Below, piece after piece: positions 9,425 to 17,725 of a stretch of 64,000 nucleotides of DNA (positions are counted from its first letter, which is position 1; each line of letters starts with the position of its first letter). Both the position numbers and the translations under genes were made by a program. The notes below the pieces were generated by a model. The model saw nothing but the letters and a program-made list of their open reading frames with translations. It had not been told where the DNA came from and searched no databases. This DNA comes from a virus: the IMG/VR virus record IMGVR_UViG_3300044971_004534. One strand, 5' to 3'.

Positions 9425-11369
9425 TTTAGAATTTATTAAAGCAAAGGTTCTTGAATCTGAAAGGTATCTATCATTAAGTGAAGCACATAAAAAAAGGTGC
9501 TTGGATGAAATAGATATGATGAATTCATCTCCAGGCTTGTCTGGGGATACTGTATTAGAAGAATTTATTAATGTTTATAAAAAACTTCAAGGTAAAGATG
9601 GTCCAAGGAATGCAGTAAATAGCTGTGTTGCATATTGCTTGTCTATGACTTCATGCTTGCCTTCTTTAAGCGAAGAGTTTCTTCCTTCTCGTCGTATTTT
9701 TGCTAGAGCTGGATTTCCAGATATTGATGCAGATTTTGACTACGAAAGAAGGCATGAGGTTTATGAGTATTTAATTGAAAAATATGGAAGAGATAGAGTT
9801 GGCAATATTGGTACATATGGTACTTTAAAAATGAAGAGCTATATTACCAGAGTGGTTAAGGCTTTAGATTTAGCAAATAGTTTTCATTTAGGTAAAGAAA
9901 GTTATGTAAAGAACAACAATATGCTTGTTCGTGAAATTATCGATTCTTTGCCTGAGCAAAAAGGCGCCTTCTTAAAGGTAAGAGATGATGAGGGCGAAGA
10001 TCATGTAATAAAAAATCTTTCAGATGCCATGACACACTGTGATTCTTTTGGTCAATATATGAAAAAGTATTCACAGATATCAGATCACTCTAATAGAATT
10101 GAAGGATTAGCTTCTAGTTATGGTGTTCATGCTGCCGGTATTGTTATATCTGGTGAGCCTTTGGCGCGAATAGCTCCACTGAGAGCAACAAGTAAGAGCG
10201 ATGAGAATGCAGGCGCTGAATATGCAACTCAGTTTGCGTATGAAGACTTAGAATATCTTGGTCTTATTAAGTTTGATATCTTAGCTCTTAGTACTTTGAG
10301 CGTCATATCTGAAACTGTAAAAACCATTAAAGAAAGACTTGGAATAGACATTGACATACAAAAACTACCATTGGACGATGAAAAATCTTTTGAACTTTAT
10401 CGCAGCGGCAATTTGACGGGAGTTTTTCAATGTGAAGAAAAGGGCATGCAAAAGACCATGATGCAAATGGGTGTAGACAGATTTGAAGATATTTGTGCAG
10501 GCATCGCTCTTTTTAGACCTGGACCTATGGCCAGTATCCCAAAATACTGTGGAAGAAAAAATGGAACCGAATCTATAGATTACTATGACGATTCAATTGT
10601 AAAGTATGTTGAAAATATTTTAAAACCAACTTATGGTATTTTAGTTTATCAAGAACAGGTTATGCAGATATGCAATAGTCTTGCTGGTATGACGGTAAGC
10701 GATGGCTATCAAGTTATTAAGGCTGTAGGTAAGAAGAAAGAAGATCAGCTCAAAAAGTACAAATCTATATTCGTAGATGGGTGCTGTAAGAATGGTATTG
10801 ACAAATCTTTGGCTTCTCGATATTGGGAAGAATTTATTATGCCATTTGCAGCATACGGATTTAATAAGTCTCACTCATATTGCTATGGACTTTTAAGTTA
10901 TCAAACTGCTTATTTAAAAGCAAATTTTCCTGCAGAATTTATGCTTAGTTATCTTAATGTGGAATGCTTCCAAAAGAAATGGGACAGAGTTGATATTCTT
11001 ATTGATGAAACTCGCAGAATGGGCATATTAATAAGTGCAAAAAATCTAAATGTATGTAAATTAAAGTTCTCTATGAGTGAAGATCGTGTTGGTGGCAGGA
11101 CAAAGTACACCATCACTCCATCTTTATTGTGCAAAGGATTAAAGATGAGTGCTGCTGAGGAGATATCTCTCAAGCAGCCTTTCAAGAGTTATGAAGATTT
11201 TGTGCAAAAGATAGATACTACAGTTGTTGATACAGAAGCAATTACTGCTTTGCAGGATGCTGGATTTTTCCCTAAAACAAAAGATGCTGTTGATAAATTT
11301 ATAAAACTTCGTGATCATATCCGCGCAACTCGCAAAAAAGGCATGAGTGGTGTCGATATATTTCAATAA
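9417..11369 (+). CDS. dnaE: DNA polymerase III alpha (DnaE-type), C-terminal fragment: catalytic palm, thumb and fingers
   Basis: Motifs: GFPDIDADF (catalytic aspartates), HAAGIVIS, GLIKFDILALSTL, GVFQCE, ALFRPGPM, YGILVYQEQVMQI, FNKSHSYCYGLLSYQTAYLKANFPAEFM. Apparent TTG start at 9417. The first in-frame ATG is at 9516. Confidence 0.85.
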   Translation: MSNLEFIKAKVLESERYLSLSEAHKKRCLDEIDMMNSSPGLSGDTVLEEFINVYKKLQGKDGPRNAVNSCVAYCLSMTSCLPSLSEEFLPSRRIFARAGFPDIDADFDYERRHEVYEYLIEKYGRDRVGNIGTYGTLKMKSYITRVVKALDLANSFHLGKESYVKNNNMLVREIIDSLPEQKGAFLKVRDDEGEDHVIKNLSDAMTHCDSFGQYMKKYSQISDHSNRIEGLASSYGVHAAGIVISGEPLARIAPLRATSKSDENAGAEYATQFAYEDLEYLGLIKFDILALSTLSVISETVKTIKERLGIDIDIQKLPLDDEKSFELYRSGNLTGVFQCEEKGMQKTMMQMGVDRFEDICAGIALFRPGPMASIPKYCGRKNGTESIDYYDDSIVKYVENILKPTYGILVYQEQVMQICNSLAGMTVSDGYQVIKAVGKKKEDQLKKYKSIFVDGCCKNGIDKSLASRYWEEFIMPFAAYGFNKSHSYCYGLLSYQTAYLKANFPAEFMLSYLNVECFQKKWDRVDILIDETRRMGILISAKNLNVCKLKFSMSEDRVGGRTKYTITPSLLCKGLKMSAAEEISLKQPFKSYEDFVQKIDTTVVDTEAITALQDAGFFPKTKDAVDKFIKLRDHIRATRKKGMSGVDIFQ

Positions 11370-11372
11370 GCT

Positions 11373-11669
11373 ATGGACATAGAAATAAGAAAATCAATAT
11401 CTAGAAAAATAAACACAGGTCAATATGAAAATATTGTCATAACATGCGAACTGCAAGGTAACGCTAGTGTTGAAAATGACATGGACTTGCAAAAGCTTCA
11501 AAGAGAAATCACAGATAAACTTATTAAAGATTACAAGCTAACAGAAATGTCTGTTCTTGAAGAACTTGATTTATCTGAGAAAAAAGCATTTATGGAGTCT
11601 CCATCTCAAAATGAAAATAATGTGAAGCTCGCACTTACACCAGAGCAAGAGAGTGAGTTATTTGGATGA
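11373..11669 (+). CDS. hypothetical protein
   Basis: 98-aa ORF with an ATGA junction downstream. No motif. Confidence 0.5.
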   Translation: MDIEIRKSISRKINTGQYENIVITCELQGNASVENDMDLQKLQREITDKLIKDYKLTEMSVLEELDLSEKKAFMESPSQNENNVKLALTPEQESELFG

Positions 11670-12793
11670 TAGATAAAAATGATTTAGATGACATATTTGG
11701 TATTCCACAAGACGGTAGTCACTTGGACGATGATAGCGGAAGTACTGATGATGTCGCATTTGGCAATGTTGTTGCTCAAAGTGGCAATAAAACTTTTGAA
11801 GACCAGGTAAAAATATTAATTAAAGACACAAATGAAGTTGCAAAGTCTGAAGATGAAATAATAAAGGATTCTAAAATTAAAAAAGATAAAAAAGAATCAG
11901 GAGGTAATGGCGATGAGCTTCAAAATGAAAAAATTAATCAATCAGCACAAGCGAATGGTCAAGATACTTCTTCCGTCCACAGCGCAGCCAATAATCAAGT
12001 TCTTGCCGAATCCACTAAACTTTTGGGAGATGAACTTCATGCCAGAGGGCGAGTTCATAAATCTGAGGTGGATAATTCCATCCAGAGCAATGCAAGTCAA
12101 GCGCAAGTGATTATCAAGATTACTGGATGGAATACATCGACCAAAGATCTATTATTTATCTCTTTTTATGAGATGAAGAAAGATGCTCTTTCAGGTTGGC
12201 TTCTTCCAGGTGGAGAAATTAATTTTATTAATACTCAAGAAGAGCTTGTTCATGCTCGTGTGGATTTAAGTACAATAGAATTTGGAGATCTTCACGCAAT
12301 GTTTGATGCTCTAAAGGGTGTGCAGCATTGGAAAGATAGAGTAACTGAAATAAGTCTTAGGGTCAATGCTCAATATTATTCCTGGAAGAGAGCTATAGAC
12401 TTATTCCGTGGAACTCTAGCGCGAATGCATTACGAAAAGCCTGCTGAAAAGCAAGATGGCGTTGTAATGGAGCATATGGGTGATATGATAAGATACTTTT
12501 CTCAACTAGAGTCTTTGCATGCTAATGTAGATGCTGTAGTTAGAAATTTAGATAATGCTTTTGATTGCATATCAAGGCAAATTACGGTTTCTTTGCCTCA
12601 GGGTCATAAAGACAGTGATACGGTAGAAAAGAGGGTGTCTAAAAATGCATCTATTTCGCCCGGCTCTGCAGACAATTTTGCCGATATAATGCAAGCAGCT
12701 GACAGATTGCCGTCAGCTAAAAACTTTGGTTTAAAAAACAATAACGCCTCTTCTTCAAAGAAGATAGGCACAGTCAATTGGAATGAGATCTAA
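11666..12793 (+). CDS. hypothetical protein (acidic N-terminal region)
   Basis: 375-aa ORF with a disordered acidic/Lys-rich N-terminal half. No motif. Lies between dnaE and the SSB-like gene. Confidence 0.55.
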   Translation: MIDKNDLDDIFGIPQDGSHLDDDSGSTDDVAFGNVVAQSGNKTFEDQVKILIKDTNEVAKSEDEIIKDSKIKKDKKESGGNGDELQNEKINQSAQANGQDTSSVHSAANNQVLAESTKLLGDELHARGRVHKSEVDNSIQSNASQAQVIIKITGWNTSTKDLLFISFYEMKKDALSGWLLPGGEINFINTQEELVHARVDLSTIEFGDLHAMFDALKGVQHWKDRVTEISLRVNAQYYSWKRAIDLFRGTLARMHYEKPAEKQDGVVMEHMGDMIRYFSQLESLHANVDAVVRNLDNAFDCISRQITVSLPQGHKDSDTVEKRVSKNASISPGSADNFADIMQAADRLPSAKNFGLKNNNASSSKKIGTVNWNEI

Positions 12794-12814
12794 CTTTTAG
12801 AAAGAGGTAACAAA

Positions 12815-13462
12815 ATGGGATTGATTGATTGGACATCGTTTAGTAAAGGTGAAAAGTCTGGTAACGGAGCAAAATACCTGAAGCTTGAGGCTGGAAAGTC
12901 TTATCGCATCAGACCTGTCTTTAAGCCACATATTTTTTATAAGTACTTTGTCGAAAGACCACAGGGAGGCTTTGGTCAGGCTATTACTGATACGCCAGAT
13001 ACTTGTGTAATTCGCAAGAAGTACGGGGAGCAGGCAAAGCAGAGATTTGCCGTCAATGTAATTGATAGAGCTGATGGTCTTATTAAGGTTTTAGAAGGCC
13101 CAATTAGTATTCTAAAGCAGTTCTCCACTTGGGCTAGCGAGACTGGTACTGATCCAGGCAGCAAGGATGGCGGAGAGTTTGCCATACGAGTTGAATGCCC
13201 AGGAAACGACAAGAAGAAGACACGTTATGTTGTCAGCTTCATTAACTATGCTCCATTCACTGATGAAGAAAAAGCTCTTATCAAGTCTGGAGCTATGAAT
13301 GATCTTGAGACCCTTTACAAGGCTACAGCTCAGGAGCAGATTGAGGCAAAGGTTTATGGTTCTGACGACGAAGAGCCTTCATCGCAGTCTAAGTTTAAGA
13401 AGACTCCTGAGAAGCAGAGTGCTTCTTCTAAGTCTCAGATTTCAGACGATTTGGACTTTTGA
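12815..13462 (+). CDS. putative single-stranded DNA-binding protein
   Basis: Good SD (AGAGG). The acidic C-terminal tail ends in DDLDF, like SSB and T7 gp2.5 tails. Codon usage suggests high expression. Sits next to recA. Confidence 0.55.
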   Translation: MGLIDWTSFSKGEKSGNGAKYLKLEAGKSYRIRPVFKPHIFYKYFVERPQGGFGQAITDTPDTCVIRKKYGEQAKQRFAVNVIDRADGLIKVLEGPISILKQFSTWASETGTDPGSKDGGEFAIRVECPGNDKKKTRYVVSFINYAPFTDEEKALIKSGAMNDLETLYKATAQEQIEAKVYGSDDEEPSSQSKFKKTPEKQSASSKSQISDDLDF

Positions 13463-13480
13463 TAATTACAAGGAAATATA

Positions 13481-14665
13481 ATGAAGAAATCATCAGTTGG
13501 TATTGAAAATTTAAAAGGCTTCCAGTTAGGAGCTAATGTCGAGGTTAAGGATCTGATCCCAACTGGGCATGCAGAGCTTGACCACACAATAGCTGCTGGC
13601 TTGATGGAAGATGGAGAAAAGTTCACCACTGGTGGACTGCCTCTTGGAAAACTGTGCTTGTTTTATGGTAATGAGGGAAGCGGCAAAAGCAGTTTAGCTT
13701 ATCGAGTTGTCGGCTCAGCACAGCGTATGGGATACAACTGTGCATGGGTTGATACCGAGCACTCGTTTAGTGATCAACTTGCTGAGGTCAATGGAGTTGA
13801 TAAAAAGAAATTGTTTTACAGTAACCTTATCAACTTAGAAGATCCAGATAAGATTTCTACTGCGGAAAATGTCATGGATATGGTCATTAATGCTTGTGCA
13901 AGCAAGAAGATTAATGTCATAGTTCTAGATTCTGTTGCCAATCTGATACCAGAACGAGTAATGGATAATGACGCAGATAAAGATACTGTTGCAGAGTTAG
14001 CACGAGTTTTAAGTAAAACCTTAGGAAAAATGCTAAGTTTTGCTGCATCTAACAACGTTTTAGTAATCTTTATTAATCAACTTAGAGAAAAGATAGGTGT
14101 TATGTTTGGAAGTCCAGATACAATGCCTGGCGGCAGAGCTTTAAAGCATGCTTCAAGTCTTATTCTTAAGGTTACAAAGTTAGAATCTAAGGCTCACAAT
14201 ATCATGATGCAAAATGAAGATGGAACTGAACGTCTAATTGGCAGATACTCAAGCGTCATGATTGAGAAGAATAGATTTGCCAAGCCTAATCAGGGTTCTA
14301 TGCCAGTGCCAATTTATTATGAGCCATATTTCCCGGATGTTTCTGACGTTGCTTTTGATGCTGGCAGAAATACTAAGGTGATAAAGGTTAGGAACGGAAC
14401 ATTTATGTGGAACGACATCAAGGCTGATGGTCGTAAGTCTTTCATAGACTTAATAAAAGATGTTGACATTTTAGAAAACCTTGTATCAGAAATCAAAGAG
14501 CAGGCTGAGGAACAAGATATTGTTTTGCCGATTGAATTGGTAAAATTTGATCGTGAAAAGTATATCGAAACTATGAAAAAGGCAAGACCAGCTTCTGAGG
14601 ATTCTGTTTCAGAAAAGCCAACAACAAAGCGTAATAAGAACGTTCCAGAACAAGCAGAGGCATAA
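13481..14665 (+). CDS. recA: RecA recombinase homologue
   Basis: Motifs: GGLPLGKLCLFYGNEGSGKSSLA (Walker A), VIVLDSVANL (Walker B), FINQLREKIGVMFGSPDTMPGGRALKHASSLILKV (near-canonical RecA L2 region). Confidence 0.9.
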   Translation: MKKSSVGIENLKGFQLGANVEVKDLIPTGHAELDHTIAAGLMEDGEKFTTGGLPLGKLCLFYGNEGSGKSSLAYRVVGSAQRMGYNCAWVDTEHSFSDQLAEVNGVDKKKLFYSNLINLEDPDKISTAENVMDMVINACASKKINVIVLDSVANLIPERVMDNDADKDTVAELARVLSKTLGKMLSFAASNNVLVIFINQLREKIGVMFGSPDTMPGGRALKHASSLILKVTKLESKAHNIMMQNEDGTERLIGRYSSVMIEKNRFAKPNQGSMPVPIYYEPYFPDVSDVAFDAGRNTKVIKVRNGTFMWNDIKADGRKSFIDLIKDVDILENLVSEIKEQAEEQDIVLPIELVKFDREKYIETMKKARPASEDSVSEKPTTKRNKNVPEQAEA

Positions 14666-15423
14666 TGGAGTTAGATCAGTTCTCAATGCTTGAGAGAGAG
14701 CAAATAGTCGCTCTCTCTCAAGCATCTTTATATGAAGCTAGTAACGATGCTGCTGAGGCACGAGACTACTTATTTAATACAAGAAAAATTTCAGAGTCTA
14801 TATCAAAAGATTTTGCAATAGGATATGTGCCTGTAAGAGTAAACAATAAAAAAATAAGTGGTCGTATTATATTTCCAATTTGGGACTGTCATGGCAATAT
14901 GGTCGCATTGTCAACAAGAGATTTCCGTTCGTCTATTAAAAATAGAGGTCATTGGCATGAGTCTTTTAATAAAAAACATCACCTTTATGGATGGAAAGCT
15001 GCTGAAGATAAAATAAAGCACAGTAAGCAGGTTGTGGTAGTGGAAGGGCAGTTTGATGTATTAGCAATGCATTCTCACGGTTTTACTAACACTGTAGGAG
15101 TATTGGGTAGTCATCTGTCAACATTTCACATAATGCTTCTGATAAGATATGCTGATGAAATAGTCTTTGCTTTTGATAATGATGATGCTGGTAAAAAAGC
15201 TTATCAAGAAAGTTATAAAATCATAGCATCTAACGGATTATTATACGATAAAACATTGAGTTTCTTTAAGGTGGATCTTGGCGTACATAAAGACCCAGAC
15301 GAATTATTAAAAAACTCAGGAAGAGACGACATGGAAATGCACATAGAAGCATCAAGAAAGGTGAAACACACAAATGACGCAGCACAATGGTCAGCAAATG
15401 TATCTGATCTCTCAATTGATTGA
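14665..15423 (+). CDS. DnaG-type primase catalytic core (RNA-polymerase + Toprim domains, no zinc finger)
   Basis: Motifs: FAIGYVP, GRIIFPIWDCHGNMVALSTRDF, HHLYGW, Toprim VVVVEGQFDVLAMHSHG and FAFDNDDAGKKA. No Cys pairs at the N-terminus. TAATG junction with recA. Confidence 0.8.
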   Translation: MELDQFSMLEREQIVALSQASLYEASNDAAEARDYLFNTRKISESISKDFAIGYVPVRVNNKKISGRIIFPIWDCHGNMVALSTRDFRSSIKNRGHWHESFNKKHHLYGWKAAEDKIKHSKQVVVVEGQFDVLAMHSHGFTNTVGVLGSHLSTFHIMLLIRYADEIVFAFDNDDAGKKAYQESYKIIASNGLLYDKTLSFFKVDLGVHKDPDELLKNSGRDDMEMHIEASRKVKHTNDAAQWSANVSDLSID

Positions 15424-16309
15424 TCAGTTTTTATTATATAGGCAGAGTAAGCCAAGTAATAGATCTTATAAGGTTTTTCATCCTAGCGCATTTGGTAAAT
15501 GCTTGCGCAAGATGCAATATCAGAAATACGTTTCTGAGGGTTTAATGGACGCTCCTGTTCAGAGCGTAGAACCAAGAATGATTCGTATTTGGGATACTGG
15601 GCATACGATGCATTCTAGATGGAGTCAATACATGGAGGACTTGGGGGTTTTAAGAGGAGTATGGAAGTGCGCGAATCCACTATGCAAGCATGTTCACGGA
15701 GAGGAAGCAAAGATAGGTATATTTAAGCCGGTTAAGTGTGAAAGATGTGATTCAAGTAAATTTCATTATGAAGAAATTACAATTGATCATCCAGAATTAA
15801 ACTTTCATGGCCATTGTGATCAAGTGCTTGATTTTTCAAACATGGACAATGAATTTAAGAATAGTGATCAATTTAAATCACTTTCTAGCATGATTGATTT
15901 TATGCCTAGTTCGCCTATTGTAGTTGATATGAAAACGATAGGTAAAAATCAGTGGTCTAAGCTTGAAAAGGGAGCGCATTTTTACTATATAGTCCAGTTG
16001 ACCGTGTATTTACACGTATTAAATTTGGATATGGGTATTATTATTTATGAAAGAAAAGATGATTCAGAAATTAAAATGTTTAAAGTAACTAAAAATGATG
16101 AGTGGTGGGATGTCATAAACAAGCAGGCAAAGCTTATGCTTAATATGTTTGAAAAGAAAACACTACCACCGCCAAGACCTACTGATAAGAATGATTTTGA
16201 TTGTAAGTTTTGTGAGTTTAAAGACACATGTCATGATTCTAATATATGGAATTCTCCTAATTTGGATGAATTGAGGAGAAAGTTTTATAGTTTTGATAAT
16301 TTTGATTAA
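15374..16309 (+). CDS. PD-(D/E)XK nuclease, Cas4/RecB-like with 4-Cys cluster
   Basis: Nuclease motifs HGHCDQV, VVDMKT (DxK) and QLTVY. One N-terminal Cys (FGKC) plus a C-terminal CKFCEFKDTC (C-x2-C-x5-C), as in Cas4/AddB iron-sulfur nucleases. An alternative start is at 15398. Confidence 0.7.
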   Translation: MTQHNGQQMYLISQLIDQFLLYRQSKPSNRSYKVFHPSAFGKCLRKMQYQKYVSEGLMDAPVQSVEPRMIRIWDTGHTMHSRWSQYMEDLGVLRGVWKCANPLCKHVHGEEAKIGIFKPVKCERCDSSKFHYEEITIDHPELNFHGHCDQVLDFSNMDNEFKNSDQFKSLSSMIDFMPSSPIVVDMKTIGKNQWSKLEKGAHFYYIVQLTVYLHVLNLDMGIIIYERKDDSEIKMFKVTKNDEWWDVINKQAKLMLNMFEKKTLPPPRPTDKNDFDCKFCEFKDTCHDSNIWNSPNLDELRRKFYSFDNFD

Positions 16310-16321
16310 CAGGAGATTTGT

Positions 16322-16648
16322 ATGAGTGCTCAAAACATTGATAATGTTTTAAAAATTCGTGGAGATAAAGAATTTCAGCAAAACAATGCTAATGGTAAGG
16401 CTTACATTAGAAAGTTGGCTTCAGCCATTCTAACTGTTTTGGATAAATACGATGAGGTTAAGCTTAAGGCTGTTGGCGCTCCATCGGTAAACAACGCAGT
16501 AAAAGCTTTTATTGTTGCCAGAAATATGTCAAAGAATAAGAACCTAGATTTAGTATGCACTGCTTCGTTTGATGTGGCAGATTTTGATGGTGGTCAGAAA
16601 ACAGCAATTATGTTTACTATATTTGCAGACGAGGTAGTTGATGACTAA
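16322..16648 (+). CDS. SpoVS-like (Alba-fold) small nucleic-acid-binding protein
   Basis: Pattern LKIRGDKE...KLKAVGAPSVNNAVKAFIVARN...LDLVCTASF...GQKTAIMFTI matches the SpoVS family layout (LKVSA...IQAIGAGALNQAVKAIAIARG...DLICIPAF...ERTAI). Strong SD (AGGAG). Confidence 0.55.
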   Translation: MSAQNIDNVLKIRGDKEFQQNNANGKAYIRKLASAILTVLDKYDEVKLKAVGAPSVNNAVKAFIVARNMSKNKNLDLVCTASFDVADFDGGQKTAIMFTIFADEVVDD

Positions 16649-17156
16649 CAGTATAGAAAATTTTGTTAAAAGAATCAAAGAATTAGATGAAGAAATTGAC
16701 AATCTTTCTAATGATAAAAAATCTATTGATTCTAAAATGTCCGATTGTAAAAAAGAGCGTGACAGTATAAGGGAGTCTATATCTCAATTAATGAATGAAA
16801 ATTCTTCTGTATTTGCTACTTTAAGAGATGGTACAGAAATATCAATTCGTAATGGAGTTAAGACTTTTGAATGGCAATCTGATGATGTTATGGTTGATTA
16901 TTTAAAATCAATTGGCAAATTTGAAAAAATATGTACAGTTGAAACAACAATTAACAAAAGGAAGTTAAAGTCTATTCTTGATGATTTGTGTGATTGTGAT
17001 GGTCTGCCAGATTTTGTTACTATGAGTCAGGAAAAAGTTTTACAAATTAGAGCTCCAGGCAAGCATGAAGAAGAAAAGCCAGTCAACAAATCAGGATCAT
17101 CTTCTAAAAAGATGAGCATCGACGACTTTGATGATAACTCTTTAGACGGTATTTAA
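16638..17156 (+). CDS. hypothetical coiled-coil protein
   Basis: 172 aa with an N-terminal coiled coil and a Ser/Asp-rich tail. No catalytic motif. Confidence 0.5.
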   Translation: MMTNSIENFVKRIKELDEEIDNLSNDKKSIDSKMSDCKKERDSIRESISQLMNENSSVFATLRDGTEISIRNGVKTFEWQSDDVMVDYLKSIGKFEKICTVETTINKRKLKSILDDLCDCDGLPDFVTMSQEKVLQIRAPGKHEEEKPVNKSGSSSKKMSIDDFDDNSLDGI

Positions 17157-17157
17157 T

Positions 17158-17385
17158 ATGTCAAGTGAAGTAATATGTTTAAATTTAGAGTACGATGAAG
17201 GCAATGATATGCTATTATGGACTATTAAATTTTTACATAATTCAAATGTTCAAACAATAGCTTCTCCTGCCGCATCTTTTGCGGAGGCGGTAGGAATTAA
17301 AGGAAAAATTAGTAAACAAGATTGGGATTCATTTTGCACTAAAATGAAAAACAAAAAATGTAATTTTGTTTTACCGCAGGAGTAA
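17158..17385 (+). CDS. hypothetical small protein
   Basis: 75-aa ORF, tightly packed. Confidence 0.45.
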   Translation: MSSEVICLNLEYDEGNDMLLWTIKFLHNSNVQTIASPAASFAEAVGIKGKISKQDWDSFCTKMKNKKCNFVLPQE

Positions 17386-17388
17386 TTT

Positions 17389-17724
17389 ATGAGTGATTCT
17401 ACAAGTAAACTTAAAATTAGAATATTTGGTGCAAGCGAATGTATATATTGTAAAAGACTATGTGAAGAAATGTCAATGATGGGCGTACCATACGATTTTG
17501 TTGATGCAAATTCCAGTGACACACAGGCTCTTTGCGATAAGTATAATGTCGATAAACTACCTCATGCTCAATGCTATGATAGGGCTGATGGCAATATTGT
17601 ATTTGAGCATGCTGGCACAATAGGTGCTCAAGATTTTATGAATAAATTGGCTGAAAAAATAAGTGGCAAAAAAGGTGCCACATTTACTGGTAAGTCAAGA
17701 TGCAACAATTGTAAGAAAAATTAA
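17389..17724 (+). CDS. glutaredoxin/NrdH-like redoxin
   Basis: N-terminal beta-strand plus CxxC (IRIFGASECIYCKRL) and a thioredoxin-fold layout. A second CNNC lies at the C-terminus. Confidence 0.65.
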   Translation: MSDSTSKLKIRIFGASECIYCKRLCEEMSMMGVPYDFVDANSSDTQALCDKYNVDKLPHAQCYDRADGNIVFEHAGTIGAQDFMNKLAEKISGKKGATFTGKSRCNNCKKN

Positions 17725-17725
17725 A

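Noticed and set aside
11907-12110. 67-aa + strand ORF nested in another frame of the 375-aa gene; likewise 13299-13481, 21464-21652, 34544-34762 and 6096-6284
   Set aside because: These are nested alternative-frame ORFs inside well-supported genes. They have no RBS and biased composition, so they are treated as noise.
4988-14665. Inteins in dnaB, dnaE or recA (common intein hosts)
   Set aside because: No Hint blocks (the Cys/Ser...TxxH...HN pattern) were seen in these ORFs. DnaB and RecA have normal lengths with contiguous motifs.
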